Positions 35,552 to 45,697 are shown, counted from the first letter of the stretch. The stretch is DNA of 64,000 nt from an uncultured Actinomycetota bacterium (GCA_963729115.1 CAVSMR010000003.1:1093720-1157719), one strand, 5' to 3'. The notes: generated from the letters alone by a model not told the origin. Made by a program: numbers and translations.

Positions 35552-36301
35552 ATGAGCAACGTGGCGCCCAAACGCGTGAAGACGCTCCTGACGCTGCTGA
35601 TCGCGGCCCTCGGCGTGTTCGGCCTGTCGACCGCCACGTTCGCGGCGACCGCGGCCACGGACACCACCGCGACGGCACTCGTCTCGCCGCCGTGCGGCGA
35701 CACGTCGAGCTACGACGTGGTGGCGCTGGCCGACCTGCCCCCCGAGGCGAGCGACACCGAGGACCTGATCGCGGCGGGTGGCCCGTACCCGTACCCGCAG
35801 GACGGCACCGTCTTCGACAACCGCGAGGGCATCCTGCCCGGGTGCGGCAGCGGCTACTACCACGAGTACACGGTGAAGACGCCCGGCAGCCCGGACCGCG
35901 GCGCGCGCCGGATCGTCACCGGTAGCGGCGGCGAGCACTTCTACACCGGCGACCACTACGAGACGTTCTCCCTGATCGACCTCGACGGGGGCGGCGGCAG
36001 CTCCTGCGGCAACGCCGAGCTCGAGACGGCGCCGATGTCCAGCCTGCCCGCCGAGGTGGCCGACACCGTGGCGCTGGTCCAGGCCGACGGCCCCTACCCG
36101 TACCCGCAGGACGGCACCGAGTACCAGAATCGCGAGGGCGTGCTGCCCGCGTGCGACGCCGGCTACTACCACCTCTACACGGTGCCCACCCCGGGCGCGC
36201 CCGACCGCGGCGAGCGCCGGCTGGTCACCGGCGGCGCGGGCGAGTTCTTCTACAGCCCGGACGACTACGCCTCGTTCGTGCAGGTCGACGTCAACGCCTG
36301 A
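35552..36301 (+). CDS. Secreted guanyl-specific ribonuclease (RNase Sa/N1/T1 family), two tandem domains
   Basis: Signal peptide; two copies of LP.E..DT..L....GPYPYPQDG....NREG.LP....YYH.YTV.TPG..DRG.RR.VTG. Confidence 0.9.
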   Translation: MSNVAPKRVKTLLTLLIAALGVFGLSTATFAATAATDTTATALVSPPCGDTSSYDVVALADLPPEASDTEDLIAAGGPYPYPQDGTVFDNREGILPGCGSGYYHEYTVKTPGSPDRGARRIVTGSGGEHFYTGDHYETFSLIDLDGGGGSSCGNAELETAPMSSLPAEVADTVALVQADGPYPYPQDGTEYQNREGVLPACDAGYYHLYTVPTPGAPDRGERRLVTGGAGEFFYSPDDYASFVQVDVNA

Positions 36302-36394
36302 CACGCCAGAAAGGCCCGGCCTCCCCCGACCACCCCGCACGAGACGGCAGACTGGGCCGTGGAGTCATGCGCCGGGGAGGCGGAGGAGGCACGG

Positions 36395-37111
36395 GTGTAC
36401 AAGGTGTTCGAGGCGCTCGACGAGCTCGTCACGATCCTGGAGGAGGCCAGGGGGCTGCCGATGACGTCCAGCTGCGTGGTGCCTCGCGGTGACCTCCTCG
36501 AACTGCTCGACGAGGTGCGCGACGCCCTCCCGGGGGAGGTCGACGACGCGCAGGACGTCCTCGACCGCAAGGACGAGATCATCGGCAAGGCCGAGCACGA
36601 GGCCGAGCAGACGATCAGCAAGGGCAACCTCGAGGCGCAGAAGGCGATCGAGGAGGCCCGCGCGGAGGCCGAGCGGATCGTGGCCGAAGCCCGCGCGCAC
36701 GCCGACCGGCTCGTCGCCGACGCCGAAGCGGAGGCGGACCGGACCGTCGCGGCGGGTCAGGCCAAGTTCGACGACCTGGTCAACCGCTCCCAGGACGAGG
36801 CGGACCGGATGATCCAGGCCGGCCGCGAGTCCTACGAGCGCCAGGTCGAGGACGGCCGGCTCGAGCAGGCCCGGCTGGTGTCCCAGACCGACGTCGTGCA
36901 GGCCGCGCACGCCGAGTCCGCCCGCATCCTCGACGCGACCGCCGACGAGGCCGCCCGCCAGCGCGGCGAGTGCGACGAGTACGTCGACAGCAGGCTCGCG
37001 GAGTTCGGCGACCTGCTCACCCACACCCTGCGCACGGTCGACAAGGGCCGCGCCCACCTGCGCGGGACCGCCCTCAACGGCAGTGCCGCGCCGTTCGACT
37101 ACCAGGCCTGA
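36395..37111 (+). CDS. sepIVA: SepIVA (Rv2927c-like) DivIVA-domain coiled-coil protein
   Basis: YKVFEALDELVTILEEARGLPMTSSCVVPRGD; position before yceD-rpmF-rnc. Confidence 0.85.
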   Translation: MYKVFEALDELVTILEEARGLPMTSSCVVPRGDLLELLDEVRDALPGEVDDAQDVLDRKDEIIGKAEHEAEQTISKGNLEAQKAIEEARAEAERIVAEARAHADRLVADAEAEADRTVAAGQAKFDDLVNRSQDEADRMIQAGRESYERQVEDGRLEQARLVSQTDVVQAAHAESARILDATADEAARQRGECDEYVDSRLAEFGDLLTHTLRTVDKGRAHLRGTALNGSAAPFDYQA

Positions 37112-37180
37112 GTACGCTGGGGGACCGGCGCGGGCCGCACGCGCCGGAACAATCAAGCATCGGAAAGCGTCGAGTTCGTC

Positions 37181-37738
37181 ATGTCCGAACAACGCAAGAG
37201 CCCGTGGGTGCTCGACACCCGTGAGCTCGGTCGCCGGCCGGGCCTGTCCCGCGAGGTGCACCGCGTCGTCCACACCCAGGACCCGCTCGGGGTCGAGGGT
37301 GTCATCGCCGTGCCCAAGGACGCGCGCGTCGAGCTGGACGTCCTGCTCGAGTCCGTGGTCGAGGGCGTGCTGGTGAGCGGCACCGCGTACGCGCCGCTCG
37401 AGGGCGAGTGCTCGCGCTGCCTCGACCCGATCACCGGCGGGGAGGTCGAGGTCGAGTTCACCGAGCTGTTCGCCTACCCGGACAGCGCCACCGAGCAGAC
37501 CACCGACGAGGACGAGATCGCCCGCCTGGTCAACGACCTGGTGGACCTCGAACCGGTCGTCCGTGACGCGACCGTCCTGGCCCTGCCGAGCGTGCCGCTG
37601 TGCACGCCCGACTGTGCCGGACTGTGCGCCGAATGCGGCGGCAAGTGGGCCGATCTCGGACCGGATCACCGGCATGAGACCATTGACCCTCGGTGGGCCG
37701 CGCTCACCGAGCGGTTCAGCACGGATCGGGACGACTGA
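37181..37738 (+). CDS. YceD/DUF177 family protein
   Basis: ECSRCLD, PLCTPDCAGLCAECG, IDPRWAAL; upstream of rpmF. Confidence 0.92.
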   Translation: MSEQRKSPWVLDTRELGRRPGLSREVHRVVHTQDPLGVEGVIAVPKDARVELDVLLESVVEGVLVSGTAYAPLEGECSRCLDPITGGEVEVEFTELFAYPDSATEQTTDEDEIARLVNDLVDLEPVVRDATVLALPSVPLCTPDCAGLCAECGGKWADLGPDHRHETIDPRWAALTERFSTDRDD

Positions 37739-37779
37739 GAGTCCCTCCCATCATGAGCTTTGTCGAAGGAGATTGAGTC

Positions 37780-37962
37780 GTGGCCGTCCCCAAGCGGAAG
37801 ATGTCGCGTTCGAACACGCGCTCGCGCCGGTCGCAGTGGAAGACCAGCGCCCCGCAGCTGGTGGAGTGCTCGAACCGGGCCTGCCGGAAGCCGAAGCCGC
37901 CGCACGTCGTCTGCCCGGACTGCGGTCAGTACGACAACCGTCAGGTCATCGAGCCCGCCTGA
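37780..37962 (+). CDS. rpmF: 50S ribosomal protein L32
   Basis: [32 protein letters not shown]. Confidence 0.97.
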   Translation: MAVPKRKMSRSNTRSRRSQWKTSAPQLVECSNRACRKPKPPHVVCPDCGQYDNRQVIEPA

Positions 37963-37987
37963 TCCCATGCGAAGGTGGTAACTGTCA

Positions 37988-38731
37988 GTGGGGGGTAGGG
38001 CTGGACGAGGTCCGGCCGCCGATCCGGCGAAGCTGACCGAGGCACTCGGCGTCGAACTCGACGCCGAGCTGCTGACGCTCGCCATGACGCACCGTTCCTA
38101 TGCCTACGAGAACGGCGGGCTGCCGCCGAACGAGCGGCTGGAGTTCCTCGGTGACGCCGTGCTGGGCCTGGTGGTCACCGACCACCTGTACCGCGCGCAC
38201 CCGAACCTGCCCGAGGGGCACCTGGCGAAGCTGCGCGCCAGCGTGGTGAACATGCACGCGCTGGCCGGTGTCGCCCGCGAGCTGGGGGAGTCCGGGCTCG
38301 GCGCGCACCTGCTGCTGGGCAAGGGCGAGGAGCTCACCGGCGGCCGGGACAAGGCGAGCATCCTCGCCGACGGCATGGAGGCCGTGATCGGCGCGGTCTA
38401 CCTCGCGCACGGCGTCGAGACGGCCCGCGAGCTGGTGCACCGGCTGTTCGATCCGCTGCTCACCGAGGCGCCGCTGCTGGGCGCGGGCCTGGACTGGAAG
38501 ACGTCGCTGCAGGAGCTCACCGCGCAGGCGAGCCTCGGGGTGCCCGAGTACCGCGTGCAGGAGGAGGGCCCCGACCACCGCAAGGAGTTCACGGCCACGG
38601 TCATCGTGGCCGGGCAGGACCGCGGCAGCGGCGGTGGCCGGACCAAGAAGGAAGCCGAGCAGAAGGCCGCCGAGGCCGCCTGGCGCACCCTCTCCGAGCT
38701 GATCAAGTCCGGCAAGGACGCCACGAACTAG
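37988..38731 (+). CDS. rnc: Ribonuclease III
   Basis: [34 protein letters not shown]. Confidence 0.97.
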   Translation: MGGRAGRGPAADPAKLTEALGVELDAELLTLAMTHRSYAYENGGLPPNERLEFLGDAVLGLVVTDHLYRAHPNLPEGHLAKLRASVVNMHALAGVARELGESGLGAHLLLGKGEELTGGRDKASILADGMEAVIGAVYLAHGVETARELVHRLFDPLLTEAPLLGAGLDWKTSLQELTAQASLGVPEYRVQEEGPDHRKEFTATVIVAGQDRGSGGGRTKKEAEQKAAEAAWRTLSELIKSGKDATN

Positions 38732-38758
38732 GACCGATTCCGGGGAGGCGGCCTTCCC

Positions 38759-39643
38759 TTGCCTGAGTTACCTGAGGTCGAGGTCGTTCGGCTGGGGCTC
38801 GCGGCGCACGTCACGGGCCGGCGGCTGCGCCGGGTCGACGTCCTGCACCCGCGGGCGATCCGCCGCCACGTGCTCGGCGCGGGCGACTTCACCGGCCGCC
38901 TCGCCGGGCGCACGGTCGAGGCGGTGTCGCGGCGCGGCAAGTACCTGTGGATCTCGCTCGACGAGGACGAGGCGCTGCTCGCGCACCTGGGCATGAGCGG
39001 CCAGCTGCTGGTCCAGCCGGCCGGCACGCCGGACGAGAAGCACCTGCGGATCCGGTTCTCCTTCGCCGACGGCGGGGCCGAGCTGCGGTTCGTGGACCAG
39101 CGCACGTTCGGTGGCTTCACGCTCGACGAGCTGGTCGAGGTGGACGGGACCCGGGTGCCCGCGCTGATCGCGCACATCGCCCGCGACCCGATGGACCCGC
39201 GGTTCTCGCTCCCCGCGACCGTGGCGGCGCTGCGCCGGCGGCGCACGGAGCTCAAGCGGGCGCTGCTGGACCAGTCGCTGGTGTCGGGGATCGGCAACAT
39301 CTATGCCGACGAGGCGCTGTGGCGGGCGAAGCTGCACTGGGCGCGGCCGACCGACCGGCTCTCCGCCGCGCGTGCCGGCGAGGTGCTGGCCGCGGCGACC
39401 CAGGTGATGGCCGAGGCGCTCGGGGCCGGCGGCACGTCGTTCGACGCGCTGTACGTCAACGTCAACGGGCAGTCGGGCTACTTCGACCGCTCGCTCGCCG
39501 TTTACGGGCAGGAGGGGCTGCCGTGCCCGCGGTGCGGGCGCCCGGTGCGCCGCGAGCCGTTCATGAACCGGTCGTCGTACTCGTGCCCGCGTTGCCAGCC
39601 GCGGCCCCGGGCCGCGCGAATTCCGGCAGCGCCGATTCCGTAG
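38759..39643 (+). CDS. mutM: Formamidopyrimidine-DNA glycosylase
   Basis: [33 protein letters not shown] zinc finger; TTG start. Confidence 0.96.
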   Translation: MPELPEVEVVRLGLAAHVTGRRLRRVDVLHPRAIRRHVLGAGDFTGRLAGRTVEAVSRRGKYLWISLDEDEALLAHLGMSGQLLVQPAGTPDEKHLRIRFSFADGGAELRFVDQRTFGGFTLDELVEVDGTRVPALIAHIARDPMDPRFSLPATVAALRRRRTELKRALLDQSLVSGIGNIYADEALWRAKLHWARPTDRLSAARAGEVLAAATQVMAEALGAGGTSFDALYVNVNGQSGYFDRSLAVYGQEGLPCPRCGRPVRREPFMNRSSYSCPRCQPRPRAARIPAAPIP

Positions 39644-39674
39644 CCGAATTCCCCGCGACATCAGGCGGCAGGTG

Positions 39675-40406
39675 TCAGGATTCCCGGGTCCACCACCGCG
39701 CGCGTTCGCGAGTCCGGATCTCGTTGGTGATCCGCGCGTAATCCTGCCCGGGCAGCGGGCCGTGCTCCATGAGTTCCTCGAACGACATCGCCGGGCCCGG
39801 TAATCGTTCGTGCGACAGGAACCGCAGCAGCCCGTCCAGCATGAGCTCGAGGTGGCGGTGGTTCAGCCGGTATTCGTCCTCGGCGGAGCCGGCGCCCGGC
39901 ACCGGCGCGGAGAACCGGATGATCAGCAGGCCGATGTCACCCGCGGTCACGTCCGGGCGCAGCGAGCCCTCCTCGTGCGCGGCGACGGCGAGCGCGCCGT
40001 GCGCCTCGCGGCAGAGCCGGCGCGCCTCCATCACCTCGTCGTCCATCGGGATGCGGTCGGCGAGCAACGGCATCACCGCGCCGATGCGCAGGTCTATCGA
40101 GTCGTGCATGTACCGGGCGAGCGCGGTGAACCCGTCGGGCTCCTCGGCCAGCGCGCTGCGTGCCTCCTCCGCGGACGTGCGCAGCGTGTACAGCGCGACC
40201 TCGCGCAGCAGGACCGAACGATCCGGAAAATGGCGGTAAAGGGTCGCGATCCCGACCCCTGCCCGGCGCGCCACCAATTCCATGGGCGTTGCCGGGCCTT
40301 TCTCGATGACGAGGTCGGTCGCGGCGCGCAGGATCTGTTCCCGGTTGCGAAGGGCATCCGCCCGGCGTCGGCGGGGTTTGGGCCGTGGTGTGTCGAGTTC
40401 CTTCAT
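39675..40406 (-). CDS. TetR-family regulator
   Basis: RADALRNREQIL, VARRAGVGIATLYRHFPDR. Confidence 0.9.
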   Translation of the reverse strand: MKELDTPRPKPRRRRADALRNREQILRAATDLVIEKGPATPMELVARRAGVGIATLYRHFPDRSVLLREVALYTLRTSAEEARSALAEEPDGFTALARYMHDSIDLRIGAVMPLLADRIPMDDEVMEARRLCREAHGALAVAAHEEGSLRPDVTAGDIGLLIIRFSAPVPGAGSAEDEYRLNHRHLELMLDGLLRFLSHERLPGPAMSFEELMEHGPLPGQDYARITNEIRTRERARWWTRES

Positions 40407-40560
40407 GTTGCCTGTCCGGACGAAATTCTCTCGGCCGAAACACGTTACCTGCCCGCGTCGGCCGATCACCAGGGGCATGAATTCCCGCGCCCGACCGCGC
40501 CGCCCGGCGGTGTCAAGATCCCGTAAGGCCCCGGCGGGCTACCGGCGCGCGCCGCGGCCG

Positions 40561-43137
40561 ATGGCGCAGACTGGGTTCGTGGAGCTGACCACGGAACCGG
40601 TGGCGGAGGCGCCGCGGCGGGACGAGCCCCGGCGCGGCGAGCTGCGCATCTACTTCGGGGCCGCGCCCGGGGTCGGCAAGACGTACGCGATGCTCGGCGA
40701 GGCGCACCGGCGGGCCGAGCGCGGCACGGACGTGGTCGCCGGGTTCGTGGAGACCCACGAGCGGGCCAAGACCGACGCGCTGGTGGCCGGCCTCGAGGTG
40801 GTGCCGCGGCGCACGCTGGTCCACCGCGGCCGCGAGTTCACCGAGCTGGACGTCGACGCCGTGCTCGCCCGCAAGCCGGAGGTGGCGCTGGTCGACGAGC
40901 TCGCGCACACCAACGTGCCGGGCTCGCGCAACGCCAAGCGCTGGCAGGACATCGAGGAGCTGCTGGCCGCCGGCATCACCGTGCTCACCACGGTCAACGT
41001 CCAGCACCTGGAGAGCCTCGTCGAGGTCGTCGAGGGGATCACCGGCGTGCGGCAGCAGGAGACCGTGCCCGACGGGATGGTCCGCGACGCCGAGCAGCTG
41101 GAGCTGATCGACATCACGCCGGAGGCGCTGCGCCGCCGCCTCGCGCACGGCAACGTGTATCCGGCCCGGGTCATCGACGCCGCGCTGGGCAACTACTTCC
41201 GGCCGGGCAACCTCATCGCGCTCCGCGAGCTCGCCCTGCTGTGGGTGGCCGACCAGGTCGACGTCGCGTTGCGGCGCTACCGCAGCGAGCAGCGGATCAC
41301 CGACACCTGGGAGGCCCGCGAGCGCGTCGTCGTCGCCGTGACCGGCGGCCGGGAGACCGAGACGCTCGTGCACCGCGCGAGCCGCATCGCCGCGCGCGCG
41401 GGTGCGGAGCTGCTCGTGCTGCACATCCTGCGCGGCGACGGGCTGACCGGGGTGAGCCCGCGCGCGGTGACCGAGATGCGCCGGCTCGCGGAGAACCTCG
41501 GCGCCTCGTTCCACACCGTGATCGGCGACGACGTGCCGGCCGCCCTGCTGGACTTCGCCCGCGGCGCCAACGCCACCCAGCTCGTCCTCGGCACGTCGCG
41601 GCGCTCCCGGCTCGCCCGGGTCTTCGACGCCGGCATCGGGGCCACCGTCGTGCAGCGGTCCGGCTCGATCGACGTGCACATGGTCACCCACTCCGAGGCG
41701 GGACGCAGCCGCCTGCCGCGCCTGGCCCGCAGCCCGCTCGCGCCCTCCCGCCGGCTCGCCGGCTTCGCCTTCGCCGTCCTAGCCCCGGTGCTCACGACCC
41801 TCGGGGGCGTGCTGCTGCGCGACCAGCTCAGCCTGTCCACCGACGTGGTCGCCTACTTCCTCGCCATCGTCGTCGCCGCGCTCCTCGGCGGGATCGCGCC
41901 GGCGGTGGTGGCGGCGCTGCTGTCGGCCTTCGGGCTCAACTTCTTCTTCGTCCCGCCCCTCCACACCCTCACCATCGCCGAGACGGAGAACCTGGCCACG
42001 CTCGTGGTGATGGTGGTGGTCGGCGTGCTCGTGGCCCTCGTGGTCGACCGGGCCGCGCGCCGCTCGGCACAGGCGGCCGCGGCCCGCACGGAGGCCTCGC
42101 TGCTGTCCTCGTACGCGCGGACCGTGCTCGTCGACCCGCATCCCGTGGAGCGGCTGCTGGAGAAGGTGCGGGAGAACTTCGGCCTGACGTCGGTGGCGCT
42201 GCTGGAGAAGCGGGACGGCGCGTGGGAGCGGGTGGCGTGCGCCGGGCCCTCGCCCTGCGACCAGCCGGAGGATGCGGACGTGGACGTGCCGGTCACCGAG
42301 GACGTGCACCTCGCGTTGCGCGGGCGGGCGCTGCCGGCCGGGACCCGGGGCGTCCTGGAGACCGTGGCCGGGCAGGCGCTGCTCGCGTTGCGCCATCAGC
42401 GGATGCGGCGCGAGGCGGCGGAGGCCAAGCGGCGCGCGGAGACCACGGAGCTGCGGACCGCGCTGCTGTCGGCCGTCGGGCACGACCTGCGCACGCCGCT
42501 CACGTCGATCAAGGCCGCGGCCGGCAGCCTGCGCGCGCCGGACCTCCAGCTGTCCGAAGACGACTCCGCGGAGCTGCTGGCGGCCATCGAGGAGTCCACC
42601 GACCGGCTGTCCGGGCTCGTCGGCAACCTGCTCGACTCGTCGCGGCTCGCCACCGGCGCGGTCCGCCCGATGCTGCGCGCGGTTACCTACGACGAGGTCG
42701 TCGCCCGCGCCCTGTCCGGGGTGGACGGACGGGCGGACGTCGCGGTCGACGTGGACGAGACGCTGCCGGCGGTGCGCGCCGACCCGGGCCTGCTGGAGCG
42801 GGTGGTGGCGAACGTCGTCGACAACGCGCTGCGGCACGGCCGGCCAGAGCGGCCGGTCGCCCCCGGCGAGCCGGCGATCGCGGTGCGGGCGAGCGCGTAC
42901 TCCGACCGGGTCGAGCTGCGGGTCGTCGACCACGGCCGCGGGCTGCCGAAGGGCCGGGTGGGCGAGTTCGCGCCGTTCCAGCGGTTGGGCGACACCTCCA
43001 GCGGCGTGGGGCTGGGCATGTCGGTGGCGAAGGGTTTCGTCGACGCGATGGATGGCACGATCCGGACCGAGGACACGCCGGGCGGCGGGCTCACCGTGGT
43101 GATCTCGCTGCCGGCCGACGCGCAGGGGCAGCCGTGA
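40561..43137 (+). CDS. kdpD: Sensor histidine kinase KdpD
   Basis: GELRIYFGAAPGVGKTYAML, DELAHTN, Usp domain, 4 TM, HDLRTPL, GVGLG. Confidence 0.95.
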   Translation: MAQTGFVELTTEPVAEAPRRDEPRRGELRIYFGAAPGVGKTYAMLGEAHRRAERGTDVVAGFVETHERAKTDALVAGLEVVPRRTLVHRGREFTELDVDAVLARKPEVALVDELAHTNVPGSRNAKRWQDIEELLAAGITVLTTVNVQHLESLVEVVEGITGVRQQETVPDGMVRDAEQLELIDITPEALRRRLAHGNVYPARVIDAALGNYFRPGNLIALRELALLWVADQVDVALRRYRSEQRITDTWEARERVVVAVTGGRETETLVHRASRIAARAGAELLVLHILRGDGLTGVSPRAVTEMRRLAENLGASFHTVIGDDVPAALLDFARGANATQLVLGTSRRSRLARVFDAGIGATVVQRSGSIDVHMVTHSEAGRSRLPRLARSPLAPSRRLAGFAFAVLAPVLTTLGGVLLRDQLSLSTDVVAYFLAIVVAALLGGIAPAVVAALLSAFGLNFFFVPPLHTLTIAETENLATLVVMVVVGVLVALVVDRAARRSAQAAAARTEASLLSSYARTVLVDPHPVERLLEKVRENFGLTSVALLEKRDGAWERVACAGPSPCDQPEDADVDVPVTEDVHLALRGRALPAGTRGVLETVAGQALLALRHQRMRREAAEAKRRAETTELRTALLSAVGHDLRTPLTSIKAAAGSLRAPDLQLSEDDSAELLAAIEESTDRLSGLVGNLLDSSRLATGAVRPMLRAVTYDEVVARALSGVDGRADVAVDVDETLPAVRADPGLLERVVANVVDNALRHGRPERPVAPGEPAIAVRASAYSDRVELRVVDHGRGLPKGRVGEFAPFQRLGDTSSGVGLGMSVAKGFVDAMDGTIRTEDTPGGGLTVVISLPADAQGQP

Positions 43138-43817
43138 CGACGGTGCTGGTGGTCGACGACGAGCCGCAGATCGTTCGCACCCTGCGGATCAACCTCGCGG
43201 CGCGCGGCTACGACGTGGCCACGGCCGCCGACGGCGGGGAGGCGCTGCGGGTGGCCGCGGCCGTGCGCCCGGACGTCGTCGTGCTCGACCTGGGCCTGCC
43301 CGACATCGACGGCTCGACGGTGATCGAGGGCCTGCGCGGGTGGACCGCGGTGCCGATCATCGTGCTGTCCGCGCGCGCCGACTCCGCCGACAAGGTGGCC
43401 GCACTCGACGCCGGCGCCGACGACTACGTGACCAAGCCGTTCGGCATGGACGAGCTGCTCGCCCGGCTGCGGGCCGCGGTCCGCCGGGCGTCGGCGACCG
43501 TGCCGAGCGGGGAGGACGCCGTGGTGGAGACCGACGCGTTCACCGTCGACCTCGCCGCGAAGAAGGTCCTGCGCGACGGCGCCGAGGTGCACCTGACACC
43601 GACCGAATGGGGCGTGCTGGAGCTGCTCGTGCGCAACAAGGGCAAGCTCGTCGGGCAGAAGCAGCTGTTGCAGGAGGTGTGGGGCCCGGCGTACGCGTCG
43701 GAGACGAACTACCTGCGGGTGTACCTGGCCCAGCTGCGCCGCAAGCTCGAACCGCAGCCGTCACGGCCGCGGCACCTGCTCACGGAGGCGGGCATGGGCT
43801 ACCGCTTCGAGGCCTAG
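43134..43817 (+). CDS. kdpE: Response regulator KdpE
   Basis: VLVVDDEPQI, LDLGLPD, GADDYVTKPF, YLRVYLAQLRRKLE; GTGA overlap with kdpD. Confidence 0.93.
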   Translation: MTTVLVVDDEPQIVRTLRINLAARGYDVATAADGGEALRVAAAVRPDVVVLDLGLPDIDGSTVIEGLRGWTAVPIIVLSARADSADKVAALDAGADDYVTKPFGMDELLARLRAAVRRASATVPSGEDAVVETDAFTVDLAAKKVLRDGAEVHLTPTEWGVLELLVRNKGKLVGQKQLLQEVWGPAYASETNYLRVYLAQLRRKLEPQPSRPRHLLTEAGMGYRFEA

Positions 43818-43828
43818 GCTGCGGGCTC

Positions 43829-44212
43829 ATGATCGGCGACCTGCAGTGCGTGGTCCTGGACTGCGCCGACGATCTGGAGCTGGCCCGCTTCTACCAGGCG
43901 CTACTGGGCGGCGAGGTGAACCGCCCGGACCGCCGGTGGGGAGTGGGCGGCGGCTGGTCGACCCTGCACGCCGCGAACGGCGCGGTGCTGTGCTTCCAGC
44001 AGGTGGCCGACCACCGGCCGCCGCGCTGGCCGGACCCGGCGCACCCGCAGCAGTCTCATCTCGACATCGGGGTCCGGGATCTCGGCGCGGCACACGAGGC
44101 GGTGCTGGCGGCGGGCGCCACGGTCCTCGATCTCGGCGACGGCCGGCGTGGCTGGCGGATCTATGCGGACCCGGCGGGGCACCCGTTCTGCGTGGTGCGC
44201 GAGGCGGGCTAG
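43829..44212 (+). CDS. VOC/glyoxalase-family protein
   Basis: VVLDC.D..ELARFY, QQSHLDI, YADPAGHPFC. Confidence 0.88.
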   Translation: MIGDLQCVVLDCADDLELARFYQALLGGEVNRPDRRWGVGGGWSTLHAANGAVLCFQQVADHRPPRWPDPAHPQQSHLDIGVRDLGAAHEAVLAAGATVLDLGDGRRGWRIYADPAGHPFCVVREAG

Positions 44213-44225
44213 GTAGAACCCACTC

Positions 44226-44954
44226 CTAATAACCGAAGTCCTGGGTCCAGTACATGCCGTCCTCGTTGAGGCCGACGCCGATGGTGTTGAGGTCGCAGTT
44301 GAGGATGTTCGCGCGGTGGCCGTCGGAGTCCATCCAGCCCTGCATGACCTGCTGGGCGTCCTGCTGGCCGACGGCGATGTTCTCCGCGCCCGGCGTCGGG
44401 TAGCCCGCGTTCACGATCCGGTCGGCGAAAGTCAGGCCTTCCGGCGTGGTGTGATCGAAGTAGTCGCGCTCGGCCATATCGCTGCTGTGCTCTTGGGCCG
44501 CCTGGGCGAGCTTGGGGTCCATCCGCAGCGGGTCGCAGCCGGACTGGGCGCGCTCGCCGTTGACCAGGTCCACGACCTCGTCCTCGATGGCGTCCTGCGG
44601 CGGCACGTCGGTCCTCGGGACGGTCTCCTCGGACGAGGTCGGCTTGGCCGAGCCGGACGAGCGCGACGTGCCGGTGCCGTCCTCGGACGTGGGCGCCTGC
44701 CCGTCCTTGCCGTCCGAACCGCCCTGGTCCTGGTCGGACGGGGCGGGGACGTTCGTGCCCATCTGCTTGCCCGGGCGGGAGAGACCACCTTGGGCGTCGT
44801 CCGCGTCGGCGGCCGACAGCGCGACGTTGGCCTGGTCGGACTTGTCCGGCCCGTCGAAGTTCGAGACCAGGGTCGCGGCACCGGCCGTCACAGCACCAAT
44901 GAGTGCCGCGGTAAGCGCGGGAAGCACTGGTCTACGTCTGCGTGCCGATGTCAC
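44226..44954 (-). CDS. CAP (SCP/PR-1) domain protein with N-terminal anchor and acidic linker
   Basis: LVNGERAQSGC, AQEHSSDMAERDYFDH, ENIA, WMDSDGHRANILNC, WTQDFG. Confidence 0.9.
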   Translation of the reverse strand: MTSARRRRPVLPALTAALIGAVTAGAATLVSNFDGPDKSDQANVALSAADADDAQGGLSRPGKQMGTNVPAPSDQDQGGSDGKDGQAPTSEDGTGTSRSSGSAKPTSSEETVPRTDVPPQDAIEDEVVDLVNGERAQSGCDPLRMDPKLAQAAQEHSSDMAERDYFDHTTPEGLTFADRIVNAGYPTPGAENIAVGQQDAQQVMQGWMDSDGHRANILNCDLNTIGVGLNEDGMYWTQDFGY

Positions 44955-44998
44955 GGTTCGGCAACGTACCACTTCTGGGTGATCTTATGAAGGCGGGT

Positions 44999-45697
44999 CT
45001 AGTTACCCGGGGTTGCAGGCGGTGTCTCGACCGTGACGTCGGTCTGCGTCGTCGACTTCAGGCCCTTGTTGTCGGTCACGGTCAGCTTGACCGTGAACGT
45101 GCCCGCGGCCGAGTAGGTGTGGTTCGCGGTCTCGCCGGTGTCCGTCGTGCCGTCGCCGAAGTTCCACTCGTACTTGACGATCGAGCCGTCCGGGTCCGTC
45201 GAGCCGCCGCCGTCGAAGGAGCATGCGAGGCCCGGTTGCGGGCAGTCCTTGCCGACCTTGGCCACCGGCGGCTTGGGGGCCGGGGTGGTCGTGGTCGGGC
45301 CGGGCCGGGTGGTGGTCGTGCCGCCGCCACCGCCGCCGGTCGAACCGCCGCCGGTCGTGGTGCCCTCGTCGGCGGTCGTCTCGTCCTCGGTCGTGCCGTC
45401 GGTGGTGGTCGCGCTGCTCTTCTTCGACGGCTTCTTGCTCGAGGTGCCGGGCAGGGAGGTGCTGACGGGGTCGGTGGTATACGTGTCCGGCGTGGAGGTC
45501 TGGTACGAATCCTCGCTCTGCGGAGCCGGCGCCGCAGAGTCGTCGCGGGTGCTGGCCAGCGCGGCGACGGTGGCGAACACGGTCGAGACCACGAGCGCCG
45601 CAACGCCGAGGGAGACGTACGGCGAGCGGGAGAGCTTGGACTTCGTCGTCTCCGGTTCGTCCGGCAGGGGCGTCAGCTCGTCGTCTGGCTCCGACAT
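44999..45697 (-). CDS. Membrane-anchored PKD-domain protein with Thr/Ser-rich stalk
   Basis: One TM, then S/T/G-rich linker, FDGGGSTDPDG, YEWNFGDG, HTYSAAGTFTVKLTVTD. Confidence 0.85.
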   Translation of the reverse strand: MSEPDDELTPLPDEPETTKSKLSRSPYVSLGVAALVVSTVFATVAALASTRDDSAAPAPQSEDSYQTSTPDTYTTDPVSTSLPGTSSKKPSKKSSATTTDGTTEDETTADEGTTTGGGSTGGGGGGTTTTRPGPTTTTPAPKPPVAKVGKDCPQPGLACSFDGGGSTDPDGSIVKYEWNFGDGTTDTGETANHTYSAAGTFTVKLTVTDNKGLKSTTQTDVTVETPPATPGN

